Source: the human T2T-CHM13v2.0 reference genome, Homo sapiens
Assembly (NCBI RefSeq): GCF_009914755.1
Contig: NC_060926.1
Reading direction: 5' to 3' (one strand)
DNA: 64,000 nt
The translations under genes were made by a program, and so were the position numbers. Under the pieces are notes generated by a model. The model did no database searches. It saw only the letters and a list, made by a program, of their open reading frames with translations, and was not told where the DNA came from. The stretch's first letter is position 1, and every line of letters starts with the position of its first letter. This document shows positions 26,321 through 41,036 of the stretch, in pieces.

Positions 26321-26514
26321 TTAGAGATTTCCAGTGCCAAGTAGACAAAATTCTTCTCAGCAGATCTACTCTAATGTTTTATTGCCACAGTGTTGAACTT
26401 GTTCATTCACACTGAATTAAAAATTTATCTATTCCAATAGTTGTATAGGTAATATACTTCAGTTTTCCATGGAAAGTAATTTTCTATTTTCTTCTTTTAA
26501 AAGGTAAAATTCTA

Positions 26515-26572
26515 TGTAACAAATCTGCACATGTACCCCCCTGAACGTACAATAAAAGTTGAAAGAGAACAA
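26515..26572 (+). mobile_element. Tiny L1 3' tip (about 55 bp)
   Basis: tgtaacaaatctgcacatgtaccccctgaacgtacaataaaagttgaaa. Confidence 0.75.
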
Positions 26573-26710
26573 AAAGTTGACATACCTTTTTTCTACCTTG
26601 GTGCAGAAGAAAAAAAGGCTTTGGCTTTTACAAAAAAAAACTTATTTAAAAAATAGTCAATGATTCAACTAAAATTATATTTATAAGAGTATCATGTATG
26701 AAAAAATAAT

Positions 26711-27399
<689 letters not shown>

Positions 27400-27426
27400 T
27401 TAATTTTGAAAAGAAAAGGAGAAATT

Positions 27427-27719
<293 letters not shown>

Positions 27720-28169
27720 TTAATTAAATTGAATAAAAAGGAAAACTTTCCTAAACAAGAGATGTTTACTAACTAAATATCCAAAGATCTTTTCATCTCC
27801 TTTGGAGAGCCTACTTCCTTTCCTTGTAATGATTTTTGTTGTTTCCCTCTAGGTTGGTATTGGTTTCTCCACCTACCTTTAAAAATGCAGTAGTTAAAAC
27901 TCGACATATTCAAAGTAAATTTTTATTCAACATGAGACTGCTACGTTTCCCACTTTTGAGAGCTTCCTTGGGATTATGGTGACCTTAACAAAGCTTGTAG
28001 CCTATAGGTGACTCTGTCCACTAACATTCAGAAGAAAAAATCTGAGCAGTGAATGATCCAGGGACAAGACTGTTCTTTCACCAAGTATAACTCAAGCATA
28101 CACAAGCTAGCAGCAAGGGTTCAGAGATTCCCAAGCTATTGGAAAATTATAACTTTTAGTTCCTTAAAA

Positions 28170-28812
28170 TGTGTGTTAGAAGCCACCAGTCATCAAACAA
28201 AATATGTTTCCTTTTTCATCCATGATAACAAGATTGTAGCAGGGTATGTGAATAGACCACATTTCCCAGCCCCCTTGAAGTTGGATGTGGCTGTATGGCT
28301 TAGTTCTCTCCAAAGGACAATGAGTGGAAGAGCTATCTGCCATTTCTGGATCTGAGCTTGTAAGGGAATCAGTATGCCTCTTCTGCGCTATTGTTCAATT
28401 TCCATCTGCTGAAGGCAAATAGCAATGAGGCCCTAGAACAGCAGACATTTTTTCCCTCTAGCAAAGACATCTAGCAAGAATAGCGATATTTTGGGTTGCC
28501 ATTACTGAGGGATGCTACTGGCATCCAGTGAGTAGAGGCTAAGGATGCTACTAAACCTCCTACAGTGCACAGATTTGTCCTCAAAAACAAACAATGTCAA
28601 TAGAGCCAAGATGGAGAAACCTTACATCCCTACTGTAAAGGATGACAGGGCTACAATATTGAATTTGCCCAGTTCCCTGGATGACTACAAAGAGCAGAGC
28701 TATCCTGCCTGCCTGAACACTTTCCAGGACTATTACCAGAGATGGATAGAAATTTCTACTGTGTTAAACCTAAGAAGTTTTGAGTCCACTCGTTACCACA
28801 AACCAGCCTACT
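28170..28812 (+). mobile_element. Old MaLR LTR (MLT1J/K-like) interrupted by MER20
   Basis: accacatttcccagcccccttgaagttggatgtggctgtatggcttagttct, resuming after about 28622. Confidence 0.6.
28438..28622 (-). mobile_element. MER20 (hAT-Charlie MITE)
   Basis: tgctactggcatccagtgagtagaggctaaggatgctactaaacctcctacagtgcacag...gtcaatagagccaagatggagaaacc. Confidence 0.85.
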
Positions 28813-29134
28813 GTAACAAGAAGGTCACATAACATGTAATGTTCAATATACAAATTGTTTTAAACAATGACACATATACATCTCCAACAATCTTTTCCTC
28901 ATTCCTTTTTTGTTCCTTTGTTAAATATATTGGCATTTTAAATTCCTTTCCATGTCTTCACATGCTTATTTCTGCAGGGTAGTCTTACTGTTTGTTTCCA
29001 GTTTTCTTTGGGTGCATTGCTTATAGTAAAACATAAGCTTCATAGGGGCAGGAGCCATGTCTGTGCTCCCATGATACATATTGATCTAGTATTGTGTCTT
29101 ATACAGAAGTAGACTTAGAAATATTTGCTGAATG

Positions 29135-29430
29135 AGCCAGGCATGGTGGATCACACCTGTAATCCCAGGACTTTGGGAGGCCAAGACAGGAGGATTGCTT
29201 AAGCTCAGGAATTTGAGAGCAGCCTGGACAACACAGCAAGACCTTGTCTCTACTAAAAATAAAAAATAAAAATTAGTAGGGTATGGTGGTGTGCACCTGT
29301 AGTCCCAGCTACTTGTGAGGTGAAGCAGCAGGATTTCTTGAGACCAGAAGATTGAGGCTGCAGTGAGCCATGATCACACCACTGCTCTCCAGCCTGGGTC
29401 ACAGAGCAAGACCCTGTCAAAAAAATAAAA
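29135..29430 (+). mobile_element. Alu (AluJ) inserted at an L2 3' end (about 29030-29134)
   Basis: J-type gattgaggctgcagtgagccatgatc and agcaagaccctgtc. Confidence 0.93.
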
Positions 29431-30274
29431 TTACTAAATGAATTGCAGAAAAGAAGATCTTAATAAAAGAAAACAGTCTATGAGATCAGTCTTGGATAAG
29501 CTGTTTCCAGTATATTAGCTAAAATTGATCAAGGGTTCATCTTCGAAACACTCACAAACTACAGTTAAATGAGTCATTCTAGAATTTTTGCTTAAAGTAA
29601 CTTCATACTCACTAGATTATAATCTGTAGAATCTACCTCCTTGTTTTTGAAAACTCCAATATTATTAAGTAATGAGGCCATCTGGTCCTTGTCATTATAA
29701 AAACACTGATTCTTCTATTTTGAGGTGAAATTATAATCTTGAGCAACACCAACAGTTATTGACTTTTTCAAATTAGGAGGTAATTCTTAAAAGAATGTTA
29801 ATAGTTCAAGTCAGCATCCCTTTCTAGCTCTAAACAAGGACTTTTGCCTGTGAAATAAAGGAGAGAAATAATATATATTTCACTTTCAGAAGACCTTTAA
29901 ATGGCAATGAAGAGACACACCTATGACTGGTGATTGATAGCAGGTGCAACGTGCAGTTAACTGTGGGCTAAAATAAACACCTCGACCAGCACTATGCACA
30001 CAAGAGACCTCGGTGAATGGAGTGGTGTGTTTAGACAACGATTGCTGGAGAACAGTGTACCCATAGTTAGCTCATTCCTGTAAAGGATATGCTATCAACC
30101 TGTTTTAGATTAGGAAAAATAAATTTCGTTGTTGTTTCTTGCTAGCCTCGAGTCCTACCTTCATTTAACTTAGTGATTTTTGTGCTTTCTCTGGGTCTAC
30201 ATTTCTATACCAAAAGGAGAGAGTGGAATGTGCAAGGTTATCAAAAGAATGTAACCAGGCACAGGGCATTTGAA

Positions 30275-30610
30275 TAATCTTCAGTGGCCCAGAGTCGAAC
30301 AGAAGCTAAACTGCAAACTCCTTAGCTTGTCATTCAAGGTCTCCTACAGTCAGTATCCAACCTACTTTGGCTGAATTACCTTCGAAACCTTTCACCACGG
30401 TTGAACTCTTTCTGTACTGTCTTCCAAGCATATTGTGCAATGTCTTTTGCTCAAGCTCTTCTAATACTAGAAAGGCTACTTTTCTCTACTTCACCTATTT
30501 GAGAATCCACACTCTTCAAAAGTGAACTCAAATCCTACCACCCTGCACCAATAGAATTATCTCTACCATAGCTTGAAGCTTTCTCTCTCCCTCTTCTGAA
30601 ATCCTGTAAC
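30275..30610 (+). mobile_element. L2 fragment
   Basis: aaactccttagcttgtcattcaaggtctcctacagtc...actcttcaaaagtgaactcaaatcctacc. Confidence 0.6.
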
Positions 30611-30789
30611 AATTAAGCATGTCTAGCTTTGTCACACGTCTTGCATTGTTATCTTAAAGACTGTCATCTTAATTAGCAAACTAAAATGCTTACTTTACTT
30701 AGCTTTTCATAGCATATGTTTTGTCTTCCAGTTTATTTTGTAAGAGAGCAAGTTCCACATGCTACCAGTTTCTATGCAGCATATATAGA

Positions 30790-30797
<8 letters not shown>

Positions 30798-30850
<53 letters not shown>
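30798..30850. repeat. Perfect (TA)n microsatellite, about 26 units
   Basis: Seen directly in the sequence. Confidence 0.97.
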
Positions 30851-30853
<3 letters not shown>

Positions 30854-30978
30854 GTCAGCACTCAGTAAATACCTAGAACAGTCATTGAAATTAAAACATT
30901 GAAAATAAGAATATTTCTAAAAGGCTTTCCTTAGGCTGAAGTAGTTTAAGAATAATACAGTTTGAAAGAATGTGTTCT

Positions 30979-31197
30979 AATGAGAACACTTGGACACAGG
31001 AAGGGGAACATCACACACTAGGGCCTGTTGTGGGGTGGGGGAGGGGGGAGGGATAGCATTAGGAGATATACCTAATGTAAATGACTAGTTAATGGGTGCA
31101 GCACACCAACATGGCACATGTATACATATGTAACAAACCAGCACGTTGTGCACATGTACCCTAGAACTTAAAGTATAATAAAAAAAGAAAGAAAAAG
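30979..31197 (+). mobile_element. 5'-truncated L1PA (L1PA3-5-like) 3'UTR
   Basis: aatgagaacacttggacacagg, G-rich tract, cacatgtaccctagaacttaaagtataataaaa. Perfect TSD aagaatgtgttct at 30966-30978 and 31198-31210. Confidence 0.96.
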
Positions 31198-33854
31198 AAG
31201 AATGTGTTCTTAAATCAATTTGAACCCCAAATAAGGACTGTGAGTACTATTACTACTGCTGCCACTTAATTATATTCACGGTACTGATATGCTACTTTCA
31301 CTGATGTAAATTATACGTCAAAGGGGCATGTTCCTGGCCTTAAGTAGATAATTTGGTGTGGTTCCCATTGTGTTTGTTTAACCAACTTGGTGCAATGCCC
31401 AGTAGAACGACCAGGATAATGTGGAGCCTTAATACTTTGTTAGTGGATGCTAATGCAGTTATAACCTGAGTTAACCTTTGCTCCCAAGTGCTTCCTCACC
31501 TGCAAAAGTTGAACTGAGTTCTCTCCCAAGCTCCAATGTTGTTTTAAGCTAAATAGCTAAAATCACTTTTAAACACAAAAGTCTTCTCACACTTTACATG
31601 AGCCATATAGTTTTCTGAACCATGGTCCTTATAAGCAAAGATTTTTTGAAAGATATTAAAATTGAAAAGAAAGATTGCATCCAGGTCTCACCCTAGTGAC
31701 ACATACTTAATTCTCAGTTCCATGTGAGACCATTGAATAATATGGTACTTGGTTTTCCAACATTCTCTGAAAAAATCTAAATAAGGTATTGAGGAAAATA
31801 TAGCACTATACTAACCCCATCATTTAATATTTATATTTTTCAATTTCTTCACAGATCTAACATTGTAAATCCATAATTTACAATCAGGAACTAATATGAG
31901 AGAAAAGTTTCCTGAGTGTAGCACTGAATAAGTATCTCCAATTCACAATGAATATAACTCATAGTAGGATGCATAGTTTGTTTTAACATAAGTTTGCCAT
32001 CTTTTATTATTCTGATGATCAGAGTTTATCTATATATGAGTCTAGAAACCCTCACTGCATTGTGACAATACAAACTTAAATCACATAATCTTCTCTCAAG
32101 GACGTAGAAATGTCGAGGGTAGGAAAATATTATATTAATAACATAGCAGACTCTCTGCCTTGCCCCACCCCCACAGTGGGCAGTCTAGTGAACGTGACTC
32201 TTCAAACTACACTAAAATAGAGAGTCAGACACAACTGGCAACTTCTAAAGAAAGGGAAATTGGGGATTAGTACATGTCCAGTTATTGCTCAATTATATCA
32301 CAGAAGAAAGAAAATTTGCATGTTTCCAAAGTAAACTTTGGGAGCCACTGATGCCCTCCCACTCTGTTCCACACACAGGCTGATGATGTGGAAAGACGGT
32401 AGTGCTCCTGGCCACATGAAGCTGGAAGAAGGCCAGCTTTAACCCTTTCAGGAGCATATGAGTGAGCCCAAGGCAACTTTTATAATCAAGACCAGACCAG
32501 AATTATCTCATGTAGCAAGAACACATGAAGCTACACTGCACTCTTTTATTATGTATACATTTTTCTTATATTTAATCCCAAACTACACTAAATCTCTCAT
32601 AAGAAAAATACATATTAATGTAAATGAATTTATTTTCCAGGCTGAAAAATTAGGTGAAGGCAGAGTTGAATGAATCAAAAGAGTTACAATTCATCTTTGG
32701 TAACAGAGAAGCAGAGATCTGGAAGTCACCTGTTAGTGTAGAGATTGAGACCCTCCCGGACCATTTGTATAGAGATAGAATAAAAAGAGCAAAACAAATC
32801 TTAGGTTCCAGATATCTCACTCCAGGTCTACAAACAGAGGAGTTGTTGCTTAGTGATTAAGCAGCTCCCTTTTAAACATTCTGCACTTTCTCCTAAAGCC
32901 ACATAAACTTCCAGGTCCCATTTGCAGTGGAACGTGTGCATTTCCTAAAGAACTGTCTCTTAAATATTGTGTAGTCATGACTCCCTTGAGAATCTGATAA
33001 AGCATGAACACCTCACATTGGAATAATTTTTGAATTTCCATACCCACCAAATTTACATATGTTTACAGTGATCCAGAAACCTCCCAAAATTCCATATGAA
33101 GACATGTAGGTCCATAAAAAACAGATTAAGGACCAGTGCCTTAAAGGGTGATAGATGTGGAAAATGAAAGGCCACAACAGAACTACTACTGTTCATGAAC
33201 AAAATAAATTATTCTCTTGAAAGGGACTGAAGTATTGAGAGCCCCTTAAGTTTTCTCTATTTCTCATTTTCCTTCTTAATCTTACTCATTTCTTCAAGTG
33301 AAAGTGAAAGATTCAGATGCCAAACTTTCCAGAAACCACCTACACTGCACCTTTCATCTGCCAGAGGGGGTCACTATGCAGCTAATTGTTCACCCACAAA
33401 AATAAAGCCTACCTCTATTCTTTTCCCTAACTGTGCCCAGAAGAATTACTTTAAAATGCATTTTCCACACTATAAAGTGTGTCCTAACAAAACACAATAA
33501 ACTCAACAGCAATGTGATTACTGTACTTGTAAAACAGTTGGTGTTTTAGCAATATGTCCTTAAAAAAAAGTATGCTTGGAAAAATGGATTCTGTTTCAAC
33601 AGTTAAAAGGACATAATTATTTTTCTGCCACATAACAATTTTTAAATGTTAATGAGTTAAAATACAGTACCAAAACAGCTCCCATGCAATAATACAGCAT
33701 ATCATTTGGCTGCCTGGTTCGTATTCCTTTGTTTTTCTTTCTATGGTCAAATAATATGCGGTAACCTGGGAAGACCACAGGTATCAGGTAACTATAGCAT
33801 GACAATCACATGGGACAGCTTGCTCTTCCATAAACTTTCTCCAAATTTATATAA

Positions 33855-34071
33855 CTAGGTTTTCTCAACCTCAGACTTAAGGATATTTTGGGCCCAATGA
33901 GTCTGTTGTGGGAGCTGCACTGTTCAATGTTGAGTAATTAATAGCACCCCTGGCTTCTATCCACTAGAGAACAGCTCCCACCTCCACTCTGCAGTCATAG
34001 CAATCAAAAATTCTCCAAATATTGGCAAAAGTCATCTAGGTGGCAAAATTGTCCCCGGTTGAGAATCACTG
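33855..34071 (+). mobile_element. MER20
   Basis: ggttttctcaacctcag...agcacccctggcttctatccactaga...caaaattgtccccggttgagaatcactg. Confidence 0.9.
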
Positions 34072-34334
34072 ATATAAACCATGGTTATAGGAAAAGAGTC
34101 ATTGGGAAGGCAGTATGCACTGTATCACTGTGCCTAAATAATCTATCCACTAGATGGGGAGTGAGGGGTGGCTAATTTTCTCAATTACATTCATCTAATA
34201 TTGTGAGCAATGCCATCATCATGACTCTGTCTGTCCAAAGAGTTACTAAGTTCATCAAGAAAAAATAATTTATTTGAAACCTCAATGATTTCATATAGCT
34301 AATAAAGGAAACCTTAAAATCTCATGAATTGCTT

Positions 34335-34954
34335 CTATTCATTTATTTAACAAGAACATATTAAGAAGCTAGACTATGCCAGATACTGTGAGAGAAGCTG
34401 GATTCCAGATTTAAAATGGTAAACACATTCCTGCCTTCAGAGGTTCAATGCCAATACAAAAGTCAAGTAAGGAAATAGGCAATTATGGTATATATATATA
34501 TATAGCAAGTACTATCATGGGGAAAGTAGCTGGGAAACTTTAACTAGACTTAAGGGATTTCAAGAGATTCCTAGAAGACATTATATGTAAGCTGAGAACT
34601 AAAACACGAACAGAAATGAGAGGAAGCAAAGAGGATGAGAACATGACTAAGAAGCTGGAACAGCATGAGAGGTGGCCCAGAGACGTGATAAAGAGCGGTC
34701 GAGGAAATATAAATATTATGATATGGATAGAGTGTAGCAAATAAGGGAGATTTTTAAAGAAGTAAGAGGGAGAGGAAAGCAGGGGCCAAGTCATGAAAAA
34801 AATCACGTTAGGGGGCCTGAGGTTTATTGCAAGACAAAGGAAACTCAGTAAAAAAGTTTCAAGTGGGAAAGTGGAATTATTAGATTTTTGCAGGGAGATC
34901 ACTCTAGCTATAGTGGGTGTATTAGTCAGGGTTTCTCAGAAAAGTAGAACCAAT

Positions 34955-35009
<55 letters not shown>

Positions 35010-35400
35010 AGAGACAGAGAGAGAGAGATTTATTATAAGGAATTGGCTAGTGCAATTATGGCATATCCCAAGATTCGTCTAGTGAGTCAGCAAGCTGGAG
35101 ACCAAGGTAAGTATTTTCATCTATTCAGACTTTCGACTGATTGGATGAGGACTACCCATGTTAGGAAGGGCAGTCTACCTACTTTACTCAGTCTATCCAT
35201 GTAAACGGTAATCTCATTGGAAAACACCCTCACAGAGATGCCCAGAAAAAATGTTTGACCAAATACCTGTACACTCTGTGGCCCAGTCAAGTTGGCACAT
35301 AAAATTAACCATCACAGTGATGAATATGAAGACTGAATCCAGGGGAACGCAAGGAAAGCTGGCACAGTAAACTAGGCAAGATATTATAGTGACCCGTACA
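34335..35400 (-). mobile_element. L2 interrupted by an MLT2 LTR
   Basis: attcatttatttaacaag...ctatgccagatactgtg...gagatcactctagct, resuming after 35316. Confidence 0.7.
34918..35316 (-). mobile_element. ERVL solo LTR (MLT2 family) with internal (GT)n
   Basis: tgtattagtcagggtttctc...ggcccagtcaagttggcacataaaattaaccatcaca with TG...CA termini. (GT)n lies at about 34959-35008. Confidence 0.88.
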
Positions 35401-35525
35401 CCGTGGAAATTTCACCATCGATTATTTTAATAGAGGTCAAAGCCTGTCACGTAGTAGGAACTTATTGACTAGGCAGTTAATATTTGTCAAATTAGTGAAT
35501 GAATGTGAATGTGTAAAATGGAAGG

Positions 35526-35865
35526 TTTTTTTGTTTGTTTGTTTTTTGTTTTGTTTTTTTTTGAGACGGAGTCTCGCTCTCTCACCCAGGCTGGACAGCG
35601 CAGTGGCACGATCTCGGCTCACTGCAAGCTCCGCCTCCTGGATTCACGCCATTCTCCTGCCTCAGCCTCCCGAGTAGCTGGGACTACAGGCACCCGCCAC
35701 CACTGCTAATTTTATTTCTTTTTTTTTTTTTTTTTTGGTATTTTTTTAGTAGAGACGGAGTTTCACCGTGTTAGCCAGGATGGTCTCAATCTCCTGACCT
35801 CGTGATCTGCCCACCTCGGCCTCCCAAAGTGCTGGAATTACAGGCATGAGCCACCACGCCTGGCC
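35526..35865 (-). mobile_element. AluY with expanded central A-rich linker
   Basis: Y diagnostics ctgcaagctccgcc, cacgccattc and gacctcgtgatc. Confidence 0.93.
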
Positions 35866-36014
35866 AAATCGAAGACATTTTTAAAGGAATTTTTTAATTT
35901 AAAATCTTGGAAAATAATCCCATACATCCATGATAGTATGCCTACTTCTAAATAATTTCATCAGTCCTGTTCAAATCAGAAACCATTTAATGTTATTTCA
36001 AACTTTAAGTGCTA

Positions 36015-36310
36015 TACTGTTAACAGTCAACGTTGGTAAGTTACAATGAAAAAGACAGTTTCATACACTTGATGGAATTTCTGGATGGCAATCTGGCAGC
36101 ATTAAAAATGTTTCTACCCTTTGGCTTAGAAGCTCTCCTACTATGTTTCTATTCTAAGGATTGTTTATTGCAATGAAAAATTGAAAGCAGCTTAATGTCT
36201 AACATAGAAGAAAGCACTAATTAGTATCCACCAAGTAAAAATCTTGTTTTCAATGTCATTTTGGTGAAATAGGCAATGCTTAAAAAATATGTTAACAAAT
36301 TAGAACATAG
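36015..36310 (+). mobile_element. Highly degraded L1ME-like 3' fragment
   Basis: tttctggatggcaatctggcag...ttgtttattgcaatgaaaaattgaaagcagcttaatgtc. Confidence 0.5.
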
Positions 36311-37655
36311 AACTTTATATATAATATAATAAATCTTCATTTCTCTTCAGTCTTATCAGTAACTGAGATTGAGAGCTAAGCTGTGTACAAAAGAGGGAAA
36401 TAATCTGAATTTATAAAAAAATGTATATCTACATGTACGAAGTTGCATATACTTTGACATTTTATTCTCTTTTATTCATTGAAATTAGTTAGACTCTTAT
36501 TAGTTAAATATCCACTCAATGAATGTTTAAAAAGAAAATGAATAAATGAGTGGATGCTGCTAATTGCAAATGGCCAGATGTCTGCATATTAACTGTAAAC
36601 CCTCTACTTGCTTCACTGCAGGAGAAAGTAAGAAGTCTTTGAAGGCTGTCTTTCCAGTGATAATATGCATATCCTGACTGTTTTGAAAGAACTTTAAGAA
36701 CTTGGGTTTGGAAAGGCAGAATAGTTTACTAGAATTTTTTGTTCATGGAGTCACATAACCCAATTCAGTTAGTTTTCAAATTTCTGTAAAACTGTGAAGG
36801 GCCTTAAAAGGTCTTGCAGCCTGGTTTCCAGGCACTGACATTAACAGCTGCCTGTGTATGTGTGTATGAAGGGACGAGTACAGGAGGTCCTTTCATAAGT
36901 GTTTCCAGTACTTAAGGACCTCCTTTGTCAATTCTTGCTTCAAGTCCAGTCCATTCCTTCTTGTCTGGCCTTCATAAAGTATAGTAGAACAGCTGGGCTC
37001 CATTCTTCTTATATAATTTTTCAAACACTCAGAGAGTTACTTGTTCATCTATTAATTCTCAATCCTCCACAACCCTATTCCCTGTGAAGTTATTTTAGCT
37101 TTATATTCTGATAGAGTGTTTTCCCTAACAGTTAGGCATATGTCCTAGGCCTCAATTCTCATCTTCTCCTGGAAGCCTTTCCTAGTTATAAGGCTGGTAT
37201 AAAATTCACTGCTGCACTAAGCATTGCTTTAAAAAAAAAAAAAAAGTCAGTCTTTGGAGCTAGGCTGTGAAATGAGAATAAGTAGATAAACCCATGGTAT
37301 TTGTTTCTTGAAGTACTCTCCTAAAGGGAAGGAATAAAGCATCTGCAGTGTGCTTGATCATTTGCCTCATACCTTGCTTATAGAGAGTCCCTAGAAGAAG
37401 GTGTACTGAAATTGTGTTAATTTTTCCTTAAATTACACCTTCATTACTCTAACAAGGCTTGTTCATAAACAAAAAATTTACCACCGTTTACAGAAGTGCT
37501 CACTTTTTTCTTAGGAGTGGGTCATTTGTTAGAAGGATCTAGCGTTTTGAGTGCCCTTATTCAATCAGTAAACTTGTTGAGTGGGAATACCTTACTCCCA
37601 GAAGAAATAATCTGATGGCAGACTTTTATTTTATTAATACTTTAAAGCATTCCTA

Positions 37656-37988
<333 letters not shown>

Positions 37989-39905
37989 GATGAACAAGGA
38001 GATTCAAGAAATGGGGAGTCCCCATGCTATGGCTATAGTAGTATATATTACTAAAGCACCTTAGTAGTCCTAGAGATATGAAAAAGAAGCTATCTCTCCT
38101 AACTACTCAATAATTCTATGTTATTAGAATACTATTCATAAGAATCAAAAATATATTTCTTCCTTTATTAACATTCTATTGTTTGTTGGCTTATTTTTTT
38201 AACTCTGTGAGTGCTGATTGCTCAAAAGGCAAATGATAGGAATGGTTCTCTCTCACACACACACTCTAGCTCTCCTTGCACACATACTCTGCTGCACACA
38301 CACACAAAATTCCGAAATAAAATTACTATGGGGTTGCTCTTTGCACCAAATCAAGACCACTTAAAAAACTTAACCAACATTGCTAATAGAGCTTACCATC
38401 AAAACTGCAGCAAAGAATCAAAATAAAACCCTAAATACTTCATATTATTAATGGAAGGTGATTAAAAGAAAAAAGCCTTTGCAGTATAAGTCTAATCTAG
38501 CTATGTGATTGACTTATTAGTTAAATATGAATTTATAATCAATTACCAAATATCGGTCCAGATAAGTAGGTCTTTACATATTTTTTAAATGTTAAAAATG
38601 TTTAAAAATAGTTATCCACAATTAAGTAGGGTCTGTCTTTGAAATGGATACAAATAATAGATCCTTTTTTGAAATTAGATATTTAAAATTTGATTTTTTT
38701 GATGTTACAAAATATTAACTGTAGCTGGTACAAAATACATTTAATTATGGCTAATTGTTAGACTAAATGAGCTAATTGCTTATATGAAAATTTCACATGC
38801 ATTTTCTCTACCATGGTCAATATCAGTTTGAAAGCATAAAATTTTCTAAAATAAAATATTTTATCTGTGAGAGAACACATCCAAAGGTATTCTGTGAGAA
38901 ATAGAAAAGTTACAGAGCTAGAAGACTTTCTTAGGCTACCAGGGTAGGGGAACTAACTGTAGATTAGAGATTCAAACAAAGAAGAAGCCAAGAGTTTTTC
39001 CATAAAATGTGACTGCCCAAAAGCTCTCAGTCCACAGTACTCACAAGGAGTGATCACTACTGAATTGCTCATCACAGAATTCCTGGTGATTTCTACAGCA
39101 ATGTATTTTTCTAAATGTGGTTTACTTAAAAGGATGAAGTATTTATAATATTAACCAAGATTATAAAATCTTCTTTCAAACCTAGATTAAATAGATATTT
39201 CTATAGTTCTCTTTGGATAATGATTTTCTCTTTTCAACTTTTCTTTTTTTTTTCCTTTTGACAGCTAGAGTCCCCAAAGGAACAAATGAGAATAGCATTT
39301 CATGGATGAGAAATCATATCACCTTCATCACACATCTCACCTCTTGACATTACTTGCAATTGGATAAACATGGGGGACAGTCCTATTGAACTGATTCCAA
39401 CTTTGGCTGGACAATTACAATTCACCTGCTACGTTTCTGAACCAAAGTGATTCTGCTGTCACTGGAGGCTTTAAAATTCTGAGCATAGTGGAGAGACACT
39501 CTTATCAAACAGGACATTAGAGTTCAACAAATAGTTATTAAAACCAACGCTCTTCACAGGGTAATAACTTTTTCTGTGAGTAAATGATTTTAACTTACAG
39601 GAGGGTGACACAACATTTTAATCAGCTTAATTGCATTAAGTTTTTTTCCAGTTCTTTTACTCATTCCAAATGAGACATGCACCAACACCTTATTTAATTT
39701 TGAATCTATTATCAGGGAGTTGACTGAAATGCAAGCAAAACATCTTTTTCCAAACATTTCTTTGCACATGTTAGTGACTGCTAAACAAATTTCATTATTA
39801 TTTAAAACTAGAAGGCTAATGCTACTTCAGATATATTTATTTATTGCACATTGCAATGGTTAAAAACTCATATATTTGTTGTGGTTTAATTTAAAAAGAT
39901 AAATG

Positions 39906-40011
39906 AACACTGAGTCTTATACAAGGAGTCTTATACAAGGAAGAGAAATGAATGTCTAAACACTGAGTCTTATACAAGCAGTCTAATACAAGGAAGATAA
40001 ATGAATATCTA
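39906..40011. repeat. 53-bp tandem duplication with nested 14-bp duplication
   Basis: aacactgagtcttatacaaggagtcttatacaaggaagagaaatgaatgtcta occurs twice with 4 mismatches. Confidence 0.92.
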
Positions 40012-40981
40012 ATCGTGTTTGTAGCACATTCCAGGCAATGCTGTTAGTCACAGTTCTAACTACATTTCTAACTCAAGAAAATTACCCAAAAAAAAACACA
40101 TCTTGATTTTTGAAAACATAAAGAAAAGTCCCTACAACATCAGGAGAAGGTGAAGCATGAGAAACAGATCAGGATCAGGTGGTATGGGATGAGCAGAGCT
40201 GCTGCCCTACTCCTGCTAACTCAGCAGCTACAGTATGTGAAAGCCACTTTTGCCACAGTTATAACAGCTATAGCAAAAGGTTGGGAGTCCAGCAGAAGTT
40301 ATTTCAACATTTTAAATCCAAGCCTTTGGATAGAAAAAGTACCACCAGTAAATGGATTCTTCTTCAATGATTCACTAACTCACTTGTTTTCCACTCCATC
40401 TGATTTGGGAAGTACTCAAATCACACTCATAAATCAGAGTCATAACATGACACCTTATTAGGTGGAGTTTCAGTGAGGAAAATTGTAAGTAGATTGCAAT
40501 GATTGGCATGAGGAAGGAAAAAGCCCTCCTAGCTGTTCTTAGAGTAATTTACTCCATATCAACAAGCAAAAGCAAATTCATACTTCCACATGCATAATAT
40601 AGTATATAGAACCTTGTGCAAGGAACATGGTTAGTACCTTCTTGATCCATTTCTTCTACTTTGACAAGCCATTAGAATGCCATCAACATTATTTTCTTTT
40701 CAAAGTTCTTATTTCAAAAAAGTAATTTTATATATCTATCTTTTAAGTGAAAACTAATGGGTAATGTGATAATTCATCAGTCTTTAACTGTTCTTCTCCC
40801 AACATTTCCATATTCTAGTTCTAACTTTACCATAGTCCTCTCCCCTAGCAGTACCCTTGAACTTTGAATAAGGTCAACCATATCCAATTGTGCACTGTCT
40901 TTAGTGATTACTCATTGTGAATTGAGTGAACTTGTTCAAAACATGTGATAATAATTTCCTGTCCCAAACGCACATACAAAA

Positions 40982-41036
40982 TATCCATGTAAAATACTTG
41001 ATTATCTTGATTATCCATTTAAAATACTTGATTATC
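40982..41036. repeat. 30-bp-period tandem duplication
   Basis: tatccat(g/t)taaaatacttgattatc at 40982 and 41012. Confidence 0.88.

Noticed and set aside
32945-33140. Possible old hAT-type MITE
   Set aside because: Only a vague resemblance; I could not fix the family or the terminal repeats.
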